From contig NC_068981.1 of assembly GCF_001194135.2 (NCBI RefSeq), positions 130,640,117 to 130,704,116 of the forward strand: DNA of 64,000 nucleotides, in the 5' to 3' direction. The first letter of the stretch is position 1. Each line of letters starts with the position of its first letter. The stretch comes from Octopus bimaculoides (taxonomy: Eukaryota). Below are positions 23,973-37,441 of the stretch, one piece after another. The translations under genes were made by a program, and so were the position numbers. The notes under the pieces are model-generated. The model was not told the origin of the DNA, did not search any database, and was given only the letters and a program-made list of their open reading frames with translations.

Positions 23973-24006
23973 GCAGTATTTCAATGCGGTCAGTAATGCT
24001 TCGTCT
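23973..24006 (-). CDS. Candidate 34-nt coding exon upstream of the CUB exon (RRSITDRIEIL-R)
   Basis: Acceptor ccctttttccttaaccccttgcag|A, donor GC|GTATGT. The phase 0-to-1 frame is open and joins the phase-1 CUB exon in frame (318-nt intron). Confidence 0.45.
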
Positions 24007-24012
24007 CTGCAA

Positions 24013-24170
24013 GGGGTTAAGGAAAAAGGGGAGAAATCAGATAGGGTTAAGATTGAAGAAGGGACAACTTATTGAGGGTTAAGGAGACAGAGGGGAGATC
24101 AGATTGAGGATTAAAGAGACAGGAAGAGGAGTAGATTGAGGGCTAAGACTGTAGAAGGAATAGTAGACAA
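24013..24170. repeat. Purine-rich minisatellite, ~32-bp period, ~5 units
   Basis: agggttaa-type starts at about 24013, 24043, 24075, 24107 and 24139. Confidence 0.75.
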
Positions 24171-24649
24171 AAAGTTCAGAAGAGAAGATGAAAACATGAC
24201 GGTTTTGTTAAAGAGGCATGAGTGGTAGATAAAAGGTTAAAGACTAAAGGGGACAGTGTAGAGCACTGAAAAGTGATAAAGGGACAGTGTACAGCTGCAA
24301 GAAGAGATAAGGAAACAGGAAAGGGAGAAGACAGATGGAAAGAAAGAAACAGGCATTTGATGTAAGATAACTGCATTAGAAAGTATGTGTCTGCAAATGT
24401 ATATGTGTGTATGCAAAAGCACGTGTGTATATTTGCATGTAAGTAATGCATCATGTACGTGTAAGCATAAATGAATGTGTTTCAGTGCACATGTACATGT
24501 CAACTGGTGTATGTGTGCAGATGCATCTTTATCTAAGTTCAAATGTAGATGAATGTGCATGCATATAAAGATGTATGTATGTATGTATTTGTCTACTTAT
24601 CTCTCTGTTTAGCTATGTAGATATATGATTGTATTATTTAACATATCTG

Positions 24650-24680
<31 letters not shown>

Positions 24681-25427
24681 TTGTGCTGGAATGTATGCAC
24701 ATGTATACTTGCATAAAGATAACTATGGCTATTTACAAGTAAATGCTTGTACATGGCACGCATATAAGCATATCAGAACACTATTAGAATGCATATATGC
24801 ATAAAAGCATGTAAGTGCATGCGTAATAAATCTCTGCATGTGTGAATATGAAAGAATGCATAAGTGTACACATAATAAACATGTGTCTAAAGTGCAAATG
24901 GTTAACCAGGATTGTATGTCTGCAAAGGCAAAAACAGACAAAGAAGAGCAATGGACTTAAACCATTACTAGCTAGTAATCAATAAAATCTGATACATAGT
25001 GATATCAATAAAGCTGAGTTTCTGCTCATTCATCAATGTAACAGAGAACATACGCCGAGACAGCATTTTTCTGTCAATAATGTGCAACACATTTGGAGGT
25101 CCAATCACCTTTGAAACATACCACAAAAATTTTATGGTGCTTTTACAAGTATTAGTTGCACCACCGTGAATGTAGTAGACAGAAAACATGGTTTTTCACA
25201 CACACACACACACACACAATCTTTACATACATATATATACGATGTTGAAGGCTGCTTCACAAAAAAATGAAAAATATATAAGAGGAGTGGAGGAAACATC
25301 AATGGTTCAGTATATTATAGAGATACAGGCTTGAACGTCATGTATGCTGCTCCTTAAGTATCCATAGTTTTAATATCCAGTGACAAAGAAGTGTTAGATA
25401 ACTGGTAACTGTTTGAACTACAGGTAT

Positions 25428-25651
25428 TATGAGGGGTGCTGAAAAGTTCCTGGCCTTGGGTACAATAAAAATACAGGAGGATCAGTTAATTATGATTTTA
25501 TTCAACATATTTCCCTCTCAGACTCACATACTTATTGTAGCAGTCTTTCAGTTTTTTTTAAGTCCTGTAAAAGAACTCAGAAAGTTAGGCCTCGAATTAG
25601 GCCTTTCACAAAACCCTTAAAGCAAGGAACTTTTCAGCATCCGCTTGTGTA
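25428..25651. mobile_element. mariner-derived MITE
   Basis: Imperfect TIRs tatgaggggtgctgaaaagttcctggc / gcaaggaacttttcagcatccgcttgtgta with TA ends. Confidence 0.75.
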
Positions 25652-25959
25652 TCAAGATCTCTTCAGGAATTTTTTGATAAAAAGGATGCCCACAATACAA
25701 TTCAATAAGAGGTATATTTTGGTATTTTCTCCTTCTAGATCTTTTACTGAATGCCAAAACACAAACCTGGGTGTCTTCAAGCTCCACACACAGTATGTCT
25801 GTCTGTCTATCTAAGTTGCAATGATGAAGTCAAACCAAATAGTGATGTTTTGAAATTGTTTAATATGCACAAAATAAAATAGGAAATGCATCCGTTACAT
25901 AAACTTTCCTCAGTTAAAACATCTCAAAATATGAAGGATATAGAGGTACACATACATAA

Positions 25960-26135
25960 AAGGTACACACACACACATGATGGGTTTCTTTCAGTTTCCA
26001 TTTCTCAAACTATTCACAAGGCTTCGGTTGGCCCAAAGCTATAGTAGAAGGCACTTGCCTAAGGTGCCACACACTGAAACTGAAGCCAGAACCATGTGGT
26101 TGAGAAGCAAGCTTTTTACCACACAACCATGCCTG
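25960..26135 (-). mobile_element. CORE-like SINE (family A), 5' half
   Basis: ttctttcagtttcc...cacttgcctaaggtgccac...accacacaaccatgcc. Confidence 0.85.
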
Positions 26136-26654
26136 CGTGTGTATACATTACACACACACTGTATGAATAAATATAAATGCCATCATCATTTCAAAATTTA
26201 CTTTTCCATGCTTGCATGGGCCAGACAGAGATAAATGAAGCAGATACCCTCACTGTCACCAACCCTTATTTGTTTTCAAACAAGGTAATATTTTCCCATG
26301 GTCAGACATCGTTCTGCAGAATACTGGCAAAGTATGATACCACTTATATAACAATGACTCATTTACAACTCTCATGCGATGTCAAAACAAACGTAACACA
26401 CACACACACAATCAAATGACAAATGCTTGTATGACACTGACATTCACTTATCACACAGCACCACAAACACACACACATATGAAGAGCTTCATTCAATCTC
26501 TTTCTGGCAAACCCACATGCAGGCATAGCTGTTTGGTAAAGTGTTCTATACTACAGTCAGAGGCTAACCAAATCCTTCTGAATAGATGGAAATTGTATTT
26601 TAAATTGTCTGAAGACCCTGCATACCTGCAGGTAAAAACACATGTATATATACA

Positions 26655-26713
<59 letters not shown>

Positions 26714-26914
26714 CAAAGGAATTCCAACTCTGTTTTTTATGTTTTATTTATATTCTTATAATATTAATGTAGGATATAGAATATATAGTATATATAGTAG
26801 GTATAGTAAAATGAAATGAAGTATTGATTGTCTTATTGAATAAATGAAATAATGAATATTAAATATTAAAGGACTAGTATACTTTCTTACATTTTAGCAA
26901 TCTTGAAAACCTCG

Positions 26915-28436
26915 CTCAAATGATTTTCTAACGTGCCACCAGCACAAGTGCCAGTAACGCGACGCTGGTAATGATCACTCTCAAATGGTGTTATTTACGT
27001 GCCACTAGCACAGAAGCCAGACAGCTGCTCTGGCAATGATTACACTCGGACAGTGCTGTTAGTGCTCCACTGGCACAGGTACCAGTCATCGAATATGGTT
27101 CGATTACGATTTCGATTTCACTTGCCCCAACCCAATGAAGGAGAGGCTGGGATGGGTGCCAGTTGTCGAAGTTGGTTCGATTTCGATTTCAAATTCACTT
27201 GCCTCAACAGGTCTTCGCAAGCAGAGTTTAGTGTCCAATGAATTAAATATACGAATAAGTGAGCTGGTTACACTTCTGGCAGAGGCCACAGATTATGCTC
27301 TCTCTTGGCTTGCCGAGTCTTCTCACGTACTGCATATTTCCAAAGGTCCCAGTCACTAGTCATTGCCTTGGTGCAGCCTAAAGTTCGAAGGTCGTGCTTC
27401 ATCACCTCATCCCAGGTCTTCCTGGGTCTACCTCTTCCACAGGTTCCCTCAACCGCTAGGGTGTGGCACTTTTTCCCACAGCTATCCTCATCCATTCTTG
27501 CCACATGTCCATACCAGCGCAGTCGTTTCTCTTGCACACCACAACTGATGCTTCTTAGGTCTAACTTTTCTCTCAAGGTACTTACACTCTCTCGAGTATG
27601 CACCCCAACATTACACATCCATCAGAGCATAGTGGCTTTGTTTCTTGCGAGCTTACGCATGTCCTCAGCAATCACGGCCCATGTTTCACTGCCATGTAGC
27701 ATGGCGGTTCGTACATATGCGTCATACAATCTGACAGAGAGGCTCTTTGTCACCAGCAGAGGTAAGAGCTCTCTGAACTTTGCCCAGGCTATTCTTATTC
27801 TAGCAGCTACACTTTCAGCGCACCCTCCCTTGCTACAAACTTGGTCACCTAGATAGTGGAAGTTATCAACTATGCCTAGTACACGGCTCTAGTACGTCTG
27901 TACATGGCTCGCACAACTCTCACTAACCATTCTTCTATCCCTAGTTTCCTCATTGACCACCAGATAAGGGATCGGGGGACCCTATCAAAGGCTTTCTCCA
28001 TGTCAACGAAAGCCAGGTACAGAAGTTTATCTTTGGCTAGGTATTTCTCCTGCCGCTGTCTTACTAGAAATATAGCATCAGTGGTGCTTTTCCCTGGCAC
28101 TAACCCAAACTGCATCTCATCTAAACTGACTCTCCTTTCTAATTAGTAGGGCTATGACCCTCTCTGTGACTTTCATTACCTGATCCAAGAACTTGATACC
28201 TCTGTAGTTATTTGTATTTAAAGCATCACCTTTACTTTTGTAGCAGTTGACTATGGTGCTGCTACACCAGTCATTGGGTATGACTCCTTCGTGTATCATC
28301 TGGTTAATGATACAAGTGACTAGGCTATAGCCGACACTGCCAGATATTTTGAGCATCTCTGCAGTGATTCCAGATGGGCCGGGCGCCTTCCCTGTCTTCA
28401 TATTCTTAATTGATTTATCTACTATAGTACTGTCAA
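26915..28436 (-). mobile_element. RTE-clade LINE, 5'-truncated with internal deletion
   Basis: MKTGKAPGPSGITAEMLK...NNYRGI; QFGLVPGKSTTDAIF...DMEKAFDRVP. It jumps near 27885 to IVDNFHYLGD...AWAKFRELLPLL...HGSETW, then RLRWYGHVARMDE...GRGRPRKTW, then the 3' UTR. Confidence 0.93.
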
Positions 28437-28521
28437 CGTATATCTATGTATGTATGTATATATGTATGTACTTAACTTATATATATGTGCATGCATATAT
28501 ATATATATATATGCATGTATG

Positions 28522-28576
<55 letters not shown>

Positions 28577-28667
28577 NNNNNNNNNNNNNNNNNNNNNNNN
28601 NNNNNNNNNNNNNNNNNNNNNNNNNNNNNNNNNNNNNNNNNNATCTATAGGTACTAGTTTCTAATAA

Positions 28668-28698
<31 letters not shown>

Positions 28699-28871
28699 GG
28701 GAAATGAAAAACTGAAGATGGAGTACACGAGAGTTTTCATTACTCATGGCAAGTGCTTTGACACATGTAGCAGCAATCCTTCATGGTATATACATATGTA
28801 TATAGACACATACACACACACACACATATATATATATATGTATATACATATATATATATATATAGACACAT

Positions 28872-28922
<51 letters not shown>

Positions 28923-29158
28923 TACATACATATATATGATTCATTATGACCTAGTACCTCATATGTTTACACTTGTTTAAAATTTTACTTGAAGATGGTG
29001 GGTTTCTTTGATGTAATCTATGAATACTTCAATAAAGTTCTACCAAGACAACTGTCATAAATTTTAAACCCAAGTAGTGTTCTTTTTTTTACACACACAC
29101 ACACACACATTTATTATTGGTTAGGTATGAAATTGCAGTTGACCCACTGGCCTGCTAA

Positions 29159-29187
29159 CTGATGAGTAGTTGGCATCCATCTACGTC
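29159..29187 (+). ncRNA. Degenerate hammerhead-like motif (GAAA box missing)
   Basis: CTGATGA-GTAG-ttggcatccat-CTAC-GTC: core plus 4-bp stem II, but no GAAAC and no stem I partner. Confidence 0.3.
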
Positions 29188-30382
29188 TGTTTCCCGTTTG
29201 TTTGTGCATTTATTATATATATATTTTTACTCACTATATACATATATAAATCTAGATATTTATCTCTCATTAGATGGAGTAGTTTTCTTTGTTGATTCTA
29301 TTGTATATGTAAACTATATATTTATAGTGTCCATATGTAATGTCTATACATATTATATACGTTGGTAGGTGCAGATATGAATATGTTGGTAAGAAGTTAA
29401 CTTCCCAACCACATAATTTTGGGTTTGGTCCCACAGCATGGCACCTTGAGTAAATGTCAACTACATGAGGTTTGTGTTGACCGAAGCCTTGAGTGAATTT
29501 GGAAGATTGTCATGTGTACGTATGTGTGTGAAAGTGCTTGTGCCTTCTTAGACATAGTGCACAGGTATAATGTACACAAACACATGACTGTAGTATTAAA
29601 AATTTAGCTTTGCAACCACATATTCTGGCTCTGTCACATTGTACAACACCTCGAGCAAAGATATTTTACTATAGCCCTGGGCTGAACTGAACATAACCAG
29701 TGGGAATGATTTGATAAATTGTAACTGAAAGAAACCTGTTACTTATATGCGCACACACACACCTGTATGCATGCATGTATATACCTCTTTGTGTGCAAAG
29801 TATGTATTTGTTATCAATAAATTCGTTTTTGACTTTTAAAGAAGAGTTTTAGTCTATTTGGCTCTATAAATATTCTGTTTTTGTTTAAAGCCAAAGTCTT
29901 TAGGAACATATCCAAGTGTTGTTCAACTTCTTTCTGTATCAGATGTGTCTGCTGTCAATATCCAAGACTACTCTTCTATAAGCTTGAATTATTAATATTA
30001 ATCTCTTTCTCTAAGCATAAGAAAATCTCTCTCCAATAGCCATTACTTATATGTAAATAAAAATTTCACTTTCTTTTCTTGTTTAATGTATATAGATATT
30101 TCACACATTTCTACTACCAAAAATTTATTTAATTACAGGTAATGCCAATAAGCCCTGGTTTTATAATGTCACATACATTAAGTAACATTGTGAGGGTAGA
30201 AAGTTAGCAGAAAGTAAGCTAAATGTGCTATAATAGTTATTTGGTTAGAGGCATGTTACCTTCTGAATTAAATACAATTAGAAATTTTACTTCAAGTCGT
30301 GCAGAGTAATACACACCAATCACACACACACACACACACATGCTGCTGACGATTTCTTTTCTTTCTTTGGACTTTTCCCTCT

Positions 30383-30420
30383 CTCCTCTCCGATGAAGAG
30401 CTATGCTCGAAACGTCAAAC
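30383..30420 (+). ncRNA. Degenerate minimal hammerhead-like motif
   Basis: CCGATGA-A-GAGC-tat-GCTC-GAAA-CGTC (30390-30416): stem II, palindromic ACGU and GUC are present, but U4 is C and stem I is poor. Confidence 0.45.
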
Positions 30421-30697
30421 TCTCTTTTTTCACCAAGTGTCAAAACTAATACATTTTTTGTGCACGTTCTCTTGTCGTCCATTATTTTCATTTGTTTATT
30501 TGAATTGACTATATATCTATATATATATATATANNNNNNNNNNNNNNNNNNNNNNNNNNNNNNNNNNNNNNNNNNNNNNNNNNNNNNNNNNNNNNNNNNN
30601 NNNNNNNNNNNNNNNNNNNNNNNNNNNNNNNNNNNNNNNNNNNNNNNNNNNNNNNNNNNNNNTACTTGGAAATGGATGCATGGCATTCAATCATATA

Positions 30698-30732
<35 letters not shown>

Positions 30733-30739
30733 TATATGG

Positions 30740-31260
30740 GTACAGGATGTCACCAACAGTAAGCAACATGAAATATGATTTTCTGTCTCTTTCCCCCTCT
30801 TTCTCCATCTCTCTCTCTCTCGTTATTCACACGTGACCATTGTCCATCTTTCTTTTCTTTCAGGACTGTCCTAAGGATTGGACATATCCTATCTCTCTCT
30901 TCTATCGTTTCTCTTGTCAAAGAAAATATTTCTCCAGTGTTCACTACTTTACCCTCGTTCTGGTCTAACAGCCCTCCATGTTTGTTTTCGTTTGGTTTGC
31001 TTGTATGTCTCCACTGTCCTGTTTTTGGTCCCATCTTTGACCCTCCATAAATCCAAATATTATTTTGGTACTTATGGGAGCAACCGTCTTCGAAGACTCA
31101 TATTGTCGTTCAATGCTCGAAATGAGGAGTAGATAGCCGGCAACTGATGGAGTGTCGTTCTTTATGTTACTTGCCCTGTTTTCCATTTATTTCTCTCGTT
31201 GTTTGCATATAGAACTCATTTGTTTTCGTATTTCATGTTGTTTACTGTTGGTGACGTATG
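30740..31260. repeat. Unclassified CT-rich interspersed-repeat-like segment with a gctcgaaa motif
   Basis: Compositionally distinct. cgaagactcatattgtcgttcaatgctcgaaa near 31090 resembles the 30390 motif lacking TGA. Confidence 0.35.
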
Positions 31261-31338
31261 CATATGTCTATCTATCTATTTGTAGATAGATAAAAAGAGC
31301 GGCTTATTAGCAATTAGAACCTAAAGGCAAAATTAATA

Positions 31339-31528
31339 GAGATCACAAAAGTGACAGAGGGTACTGACTAGCACCACTTTTGCTAAAAATAAGAGTTAAA
31401 ACAACTGAAAAGCCACAAAAGCATTATCTTAATATGAGAGACAGTAAAACACTGCTTTTGAGTTGTTTTAACTCTTCTTTTTAGCAAAAGCGGTGCTAGT
31501 CAGTAGCCTCTGTCACTCTTGTGACCTC
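31339..31528. repeat. Long inverted repeat, 75-bp arms and 40-nt loop
   Basis: 31339-31413 vs reverse complement of 31454-31528: 69/75 identical, no indels. Confidence 0.95.
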
Positions 31529-34219
31529 ATACACACACACATATATATATATCATAAAGATGGCTTATTTCCAATTTACAACCGAAAGGCAGAAGTGTGA
31601 GTGCGTGTGTATACACACTCTAATTGAGACAATTTTATTGACAGTATGACTACCTCCCTCTCTTAGAGACAGGCATGGCTATATGATTAAGAATATTTTG
31701 TTTTGTAACTACGTGAATTTAGGTTGTCTTTCACTGTGTAGCACCTTAGGCTTTTATCTTAGGTTGATCAAAATCTGAGTGAAACTTAGTGAACAGAAAC
31801 CGTGCAAAGCTGCTGTTTCTGTCCTTGGGTGGTAGACTTAATTCATCTCCTGGTTTAACAAGCCCACCTAGCCCCAAGATGTCTTTAACAGAGTCTACTT
31901 TGGCGCAATTATTTAATTCCGATTTCCGGTCTGAGAGTAGTTTCCTTCCTATTCTCTTACNNNNNNNNNNGAAAAAAAAAAAAAAAAAAAGTCATTGGCA
32001 CTGCTCTACCCTCTCTGACAAAACACACAGAAGAAAAAAAAATCGTCTTTTTGTTTAGTCAACAGAAATCGATATTACGAAATAATGAACTCTATACATA
32101 GTTTGGTCAATGAACTGGCAAAATTACCGGAAGACAGGCAGGGAACACGCAAATATTCCAATAACCCAGGCTACAGTGTCAATCTGACATATATTAACAT
32201 TTCACTGAGACGAACGATTTGTTAACACTGAAGAAGATAGTTAGACTATGATAAGTTGCACTTCCGAAGAACAAATATAAATATAAAAGAGAATGCTAAA
32301 CTGCACCCACTTCTAAGAATAAGAATGAAATTACGAGAAGCAATAACTTCTGGCAACGAAAAAAAACTTTAAATCGCACGAAAACTGCAAGATAACTGCA
32401 ACATATGCAAAAATCAATATTGCATAATATATACTGATCAACAATATACAATACACAGCGCAATTTGTCAGTCATTTCCATCTAAACATTGAGATCACAC
32501 TGAGCTGGACAGTTCTATGACCTAATATTACTACACAGTGAAAAGGTTTTGCAGAATTAGGTTGAAAAACTACAGGCATAAGGCGTAGAATATTGTAATA
32601 TATTATGCCGACGAAAGGCTGTGTAATTCAAATCTATCCAAACCCATTCAAAGCTTATTTTATACGAAGTATTACAGCTTAGTAAATATTTTCCAACTTT
32701 GTATATAGACAATTTATTACTCAATATTTCTAGTGCTTGAATAATGGTTATATATATATGTATATTATTAAAGTACGGTACTAGCTTGGAGTAGTTCGCC
32801 AGAAAGTAACTAAGAGCGACCAGAGAAATTAGATCAAACTTGCTCAAAGTTATCACCACATTTTAACTATTGTGCGTGTGTGAATATCATATTACTCACA
32901 TATACGCACAAGTACGGTATTAAATATATAGAAATATTTTTAAAGCGTATCTGTTACTAGATTTGAATTGTTTATAATTGTGTGGAGGGTAGAGAGATGA
33001 TTTACAGCGACCGATCGTTACTTGAGAGAGAGAGAGAGAGAGAGAGAGAAATAGAGACAGAGAGAAAGGGGGGATGCAACAGCAAAGAATCGAAGACAGT
33101 TCGAACGGTAGGTCGAGCGGGAGCTTACTTTACACTTCACGGCGCTCGCCAATTATAATATCAATAANNNNNNNNNNGAGCTTACTTTACACTTCACGGC
33201 GCTCGCCAATTATAATATCAATAAAAAATATGTATACATTATTACTACACCGTGATAATGCGATCTTAAATTACACAATCGATCTGGGACAGTTAAAAAA
33301 AAAAAAACACAACAGACGTAAACTGACCAGGATAACAAACAAATAAACAGATAAAAAAACAAAGCTGCAAACTAACCGTGACAAATTAATTTTGATGACA
33401 AATCCCATCGCAAAAGGGTTTAGCCACGCACACACACACACACACATTATAGAGAGAAAGAGAGAGAAATGTGGTTAATAATTAAGCCAGCTCAATTAGT
33501 AACTGTCAAGAAGTTAGCTGCTGAAATTTAAAAAAAATATATAAATGAGGGCAGTCTTATACAGTAAGAAACANNNNNNNNNNNNNNNNNNNNNNNNNNN
33601 NNNNNNNNNNNNNNNNNNNNNNNNNNNNNNNNNNNNNNNNNNNNNNNNNNNNNNNNNNNNNNNNNNNNNNNNNAAGGGAGGAGCTGTCTAGAGTGGCAAT
33701 GTCATATCTACACATAGTAACAGCTTAGTAGTCACCAAGTGAAGCAAACAAGCAGCAGCAACCTTATAAGACAGACGGTAAAAAGCAGCAAGCTTAGTGT
33801 GTGTTTGCATTATTGTGTATTTATGTGTTTGCATGTGTACAGTCAGGTATCGAGCCGGTTCTTCACTGACAGACCTGGCTTGGGAAAAAAAGCAGACAGA
33901 CAAGACGAGAGAATGAATGAATGAATGAATGAGAGACGAAGACAGAAGCAGACAGAGAGCAAATTTGCATAATTTCTAGACAGATGACTAGACAGCAGCA
34001 GTCGAAACAACAACAAATGATATAAGAATAACACTGCTTATTTGGGATTGTCCAAAGCAGTGACACTAACTTTTTACACACACATTTGCAACAGACATAC
34101 ACTAAAACACAGATAGACACTCAAAATACACAAACATACAGACACATGCAGATAAACACTCCAATATTAACATATATAGACGGACACGTAGACGCAAATA
34201 GAGAACTCACACACACACA

Positions 34220-34263
<44 letters not shown>

Positions 34264-36130
34264 AACATAGATACTGAATACATAGTCAAGAATGCTCATG
34301 GTAGATACACATAGATATACAAACATGAAACGACAGACACTCACCTACATATCGCGTATACAGACATATGCAAACAAATATACATATGTAGACAGAATAG
34401 CTTGTGCAGTTGTATCAGACAGAATCCGCACAACACATGCAAATTACACACACACATACAAATATAAACGTAAACACATGCTTACAGACAGATACTATAC
34501 ATAGATTTTAAAAAAATAATACTCTCACGTAGAGACATATTGCAGACGAAGTAGTTGAACGATAAAATCAGGCACATAGAACATAGTCTAGGCGCTTGAA
34601 TGTACACACACACACAAATACTGACAGCAAACCAGGGAAATTTCACATTCAGCAGAAAATGTATATAACTTCATTGACATTTAACAAAAGGTGTAAGAAC
34701 AACGGAATTCTGTGCCTAAGACTTCAGCCGGCAACTAGACATACTTAGTGTTTCATAGCAGACCACTTTAGTGTAAACCGACGCACATGCACAAATTCAC
34801 TTCTCCAGACTCATCTGACTCAAAACATGCACAGTAAAAAGTAAAAAAAGAAACGTAAATTTAGCTGTTGCTTCCTTAATGCCAATTTCCATGACTATCA
34901 TAACCGTCGTTCCGTTTTCTGAACTTTGCAGCTTTTTTCTTTTCATATTTTAAATAGTTTCGTTAAATTAAACCAAGGCAGTAGTGCTGCTTCGGTTGGG
35001 GCCTTGTAGTTTTAGGGTTTGTCAATATCTCATATGGAGTGCTGAAAATATTGATGAATATAATGTTTCATTCCGGCACAAGACGTAAAATTTTGGTGAA
35101 ATGTTTCTAATTGTAAGACCTAATGCTATTGAGTTCATGGATTTCCTTGTTGCTTTTCCCGTATCTAATTAAAACACGGCTGGGGGCAGGAAGTCAAGAT
35201 TACAGCTTCGGTTGCTTTTGACAACTTGATTTTTAAGTCAGTTTGATTACGCTGTTTGCTTGTTTGTTGTTGGAGTGTGGTGGCTGTGATTCCTGAAGTT
35301 GTTTAGCTACAAAAGTCGGCTCTGATCGAGTAGATCTATGATCAAAAAGCACTTCTTAGTCAAAATATTCAAAATGAAAGACCTCCGGGACAAGCAGAGA
35401 CACAATTTGCTGCTTTAACTCAGCAGTCTCTGACCCCCACCCTCACTCACACAAAGTTATATCAACTGACTAAACCCTTACTACCTACAAAGAAACAACT
35501 GTGAAGCTTCGCCCACCTCACTGAGTTGGTCATAACCAGAACCCCCAAAGAATACTGCACATTGGAAAAAAAAAGGTTCAAGAAAGTAACAGATCCGCTG
35601 ACAAGTTACACTCGATACAACAGGTAACAGCTTGTAGGAGTCCGCAATAAAGACTTCATATAGACAAAAGCAGAAGTCCACTTGGAGCAATGGATCTTCG
35701 CTTGGCCAACTAACCTATGCCCATAGGTCTTTCGATCAGCACTAATCAACAACCACGACAATAAATGTTTGACTATGAAACTTTAAAAAAGTAATAAGTG
35801 ATATTTTTTTCGAAGACTGAATATTTAGTACCAAAGTACCTCTATCACAAATTAGCATTAGAGATAGAACGCACTGCTTGTACACAGTCCAATGAAACCT
35901 TTACGTAGTCTCTGGAAATGTTAGCAACAGCAATCAAATCACGTTTGAACAATCCCAACTGTATGAAAAAGGAATAAATATAGCATGGAAACTAATTCTG
36001 TAAATAGTATATGCCAGACAGGAAGATGAAAAAGCCACGGCTAGAAAGCCAGCTTCTCAGATCAATACGTCGGACGTATTACAATCTTCAGCACGATTGT
36101 TTCAAATTTTGGCATAATGTCAGCAATTTT

Positions 36131-36322
36131 AAGGGCAGAGGATTGATTAGTCGATTGCATCGATCTCGGTATTTGACTGGTACTTAATTTCATCAAACAC
36201 CAAAATGATGAAAGGAAAAAGTTCACCTCGGCAGAATCTGAACTCAGAACGTTAAGGGCCGGAAGAAATGTCGCTAAACATTTTGCCAAGCACATTAACA
36301 ATTCTGTCAGCTCGCTCGTTAT
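36131..36322 (-). mobile_element. SINE family D (central domain Nin-like, from recall)
   Basis: ctggtacttaatttcatc...gatgaaagg...cctcggcagaatctgaactcagaacg...ttctgtcagctcgc. Related fragments near 11895-12015, 20880-20970, 54335-54510, 56365-56470 and 61862-62000. Confidence 0.7.
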
Positions 36323-36821
36323 TCCTCAACAAAATTAAAATATGGAATATCTGGAGAGCTGGATCAGGGAGTAGCATCAAGATATAAGACCAGCTGTCTT
36401 TGTATCATAAGATTTGAGTACAGCTAAAATGAAATACTCAACAACAATAACTGCATGTATAGTTGTATTAGTAACATAGTAATAGACCATTACCAATAAC
36501 TTTTTAGGCTTAATTAAAGCCAGTTTCAAAATTCAGAACTCCATCAGAATATTGGCGGAGGTCGGGTGTTTTTCCCCAAAAAAGTTTCTTCGGGTCCATA
36601 TGTTTTCGATATTGGAGATAACGATTTTGCCAAAAAAAAAAAAAGTTTTCAACTCTCCCCTCCTTATCCATTTTTATTTATTTATTTTTAAAAAGTCTTT
36701 CTTTTTTTTTCCAATTAAATCCACGTGAAAAAATACGGAGATTACAAATCTGGAAGAAATATATATTTTTTAAAATTTGAAATTTTCTTAGAAAACATCC
36801 TGTGTCGCCCGTCTCCACCCT

Positions 36822-37385
36822 NNNNNNNNNNNNNNNNNNNNNNNNNNNNNNNNNNNNNNNNNNNNNNNNNNNNNNNNNNNNNNNNNNNNNNNNNNNNNNN
36901 NNNNNNNNNNNNNNNNNNNNNNNNNNNNNNNNNNNNNNNNNNNNNNNNNNNNNNNNNNNNNNNNNNNNNNNNNNNNNNNNNNNNNNNNNNNNNNNNNNNN
37001 NNNNNNNNNNNNNNNNNNNNNNNNNNNNNNNNNNNNNNNNNNNNNNNNNNNNNNNNNNNNNNNNNNNNNNNNNNNNNNNNNNNNNNNNNNNNNNNNNNNN
37101 NNNNNNNNNNNNNNNNNNNNNNNNNNNNNNNNNNNNNNNNNNNNNNNNNNNNNNNNNNNNNNNNNNNNNNNNNNNNNNNNNNNNNNNNNNNNNNNNNNNN
37201 NNNNNNNNNNNNNNNNNNNNNNNNNNNNNNNNNNNNNNNNNNNNNNNNNNNNNNNNNNNNNNNNNNNNNNNNNNNNNNNNNNNNNNNNNNNNNNNNNNNN
37301 NNNNNNNNNNNNNNNNNNNNNNNNNNNNNNNNNNNNNNNNNNNNNNNNNNNNNNNNNNNNNNNNNNNNNNNNNNNNNNNNNNNNN
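36822..37385. other. Assembly gap
   Basis: N-run. Confidence 1.

Positions 37386-37441
<56 letters not shown>

Noticed and set aside
31360-31395. CTGACTA-GC...GC-TAAAA in the 31.3-kb hairpin as a hammerhead
   Set aside because: The essential G8 and G12 are absent in both arms.
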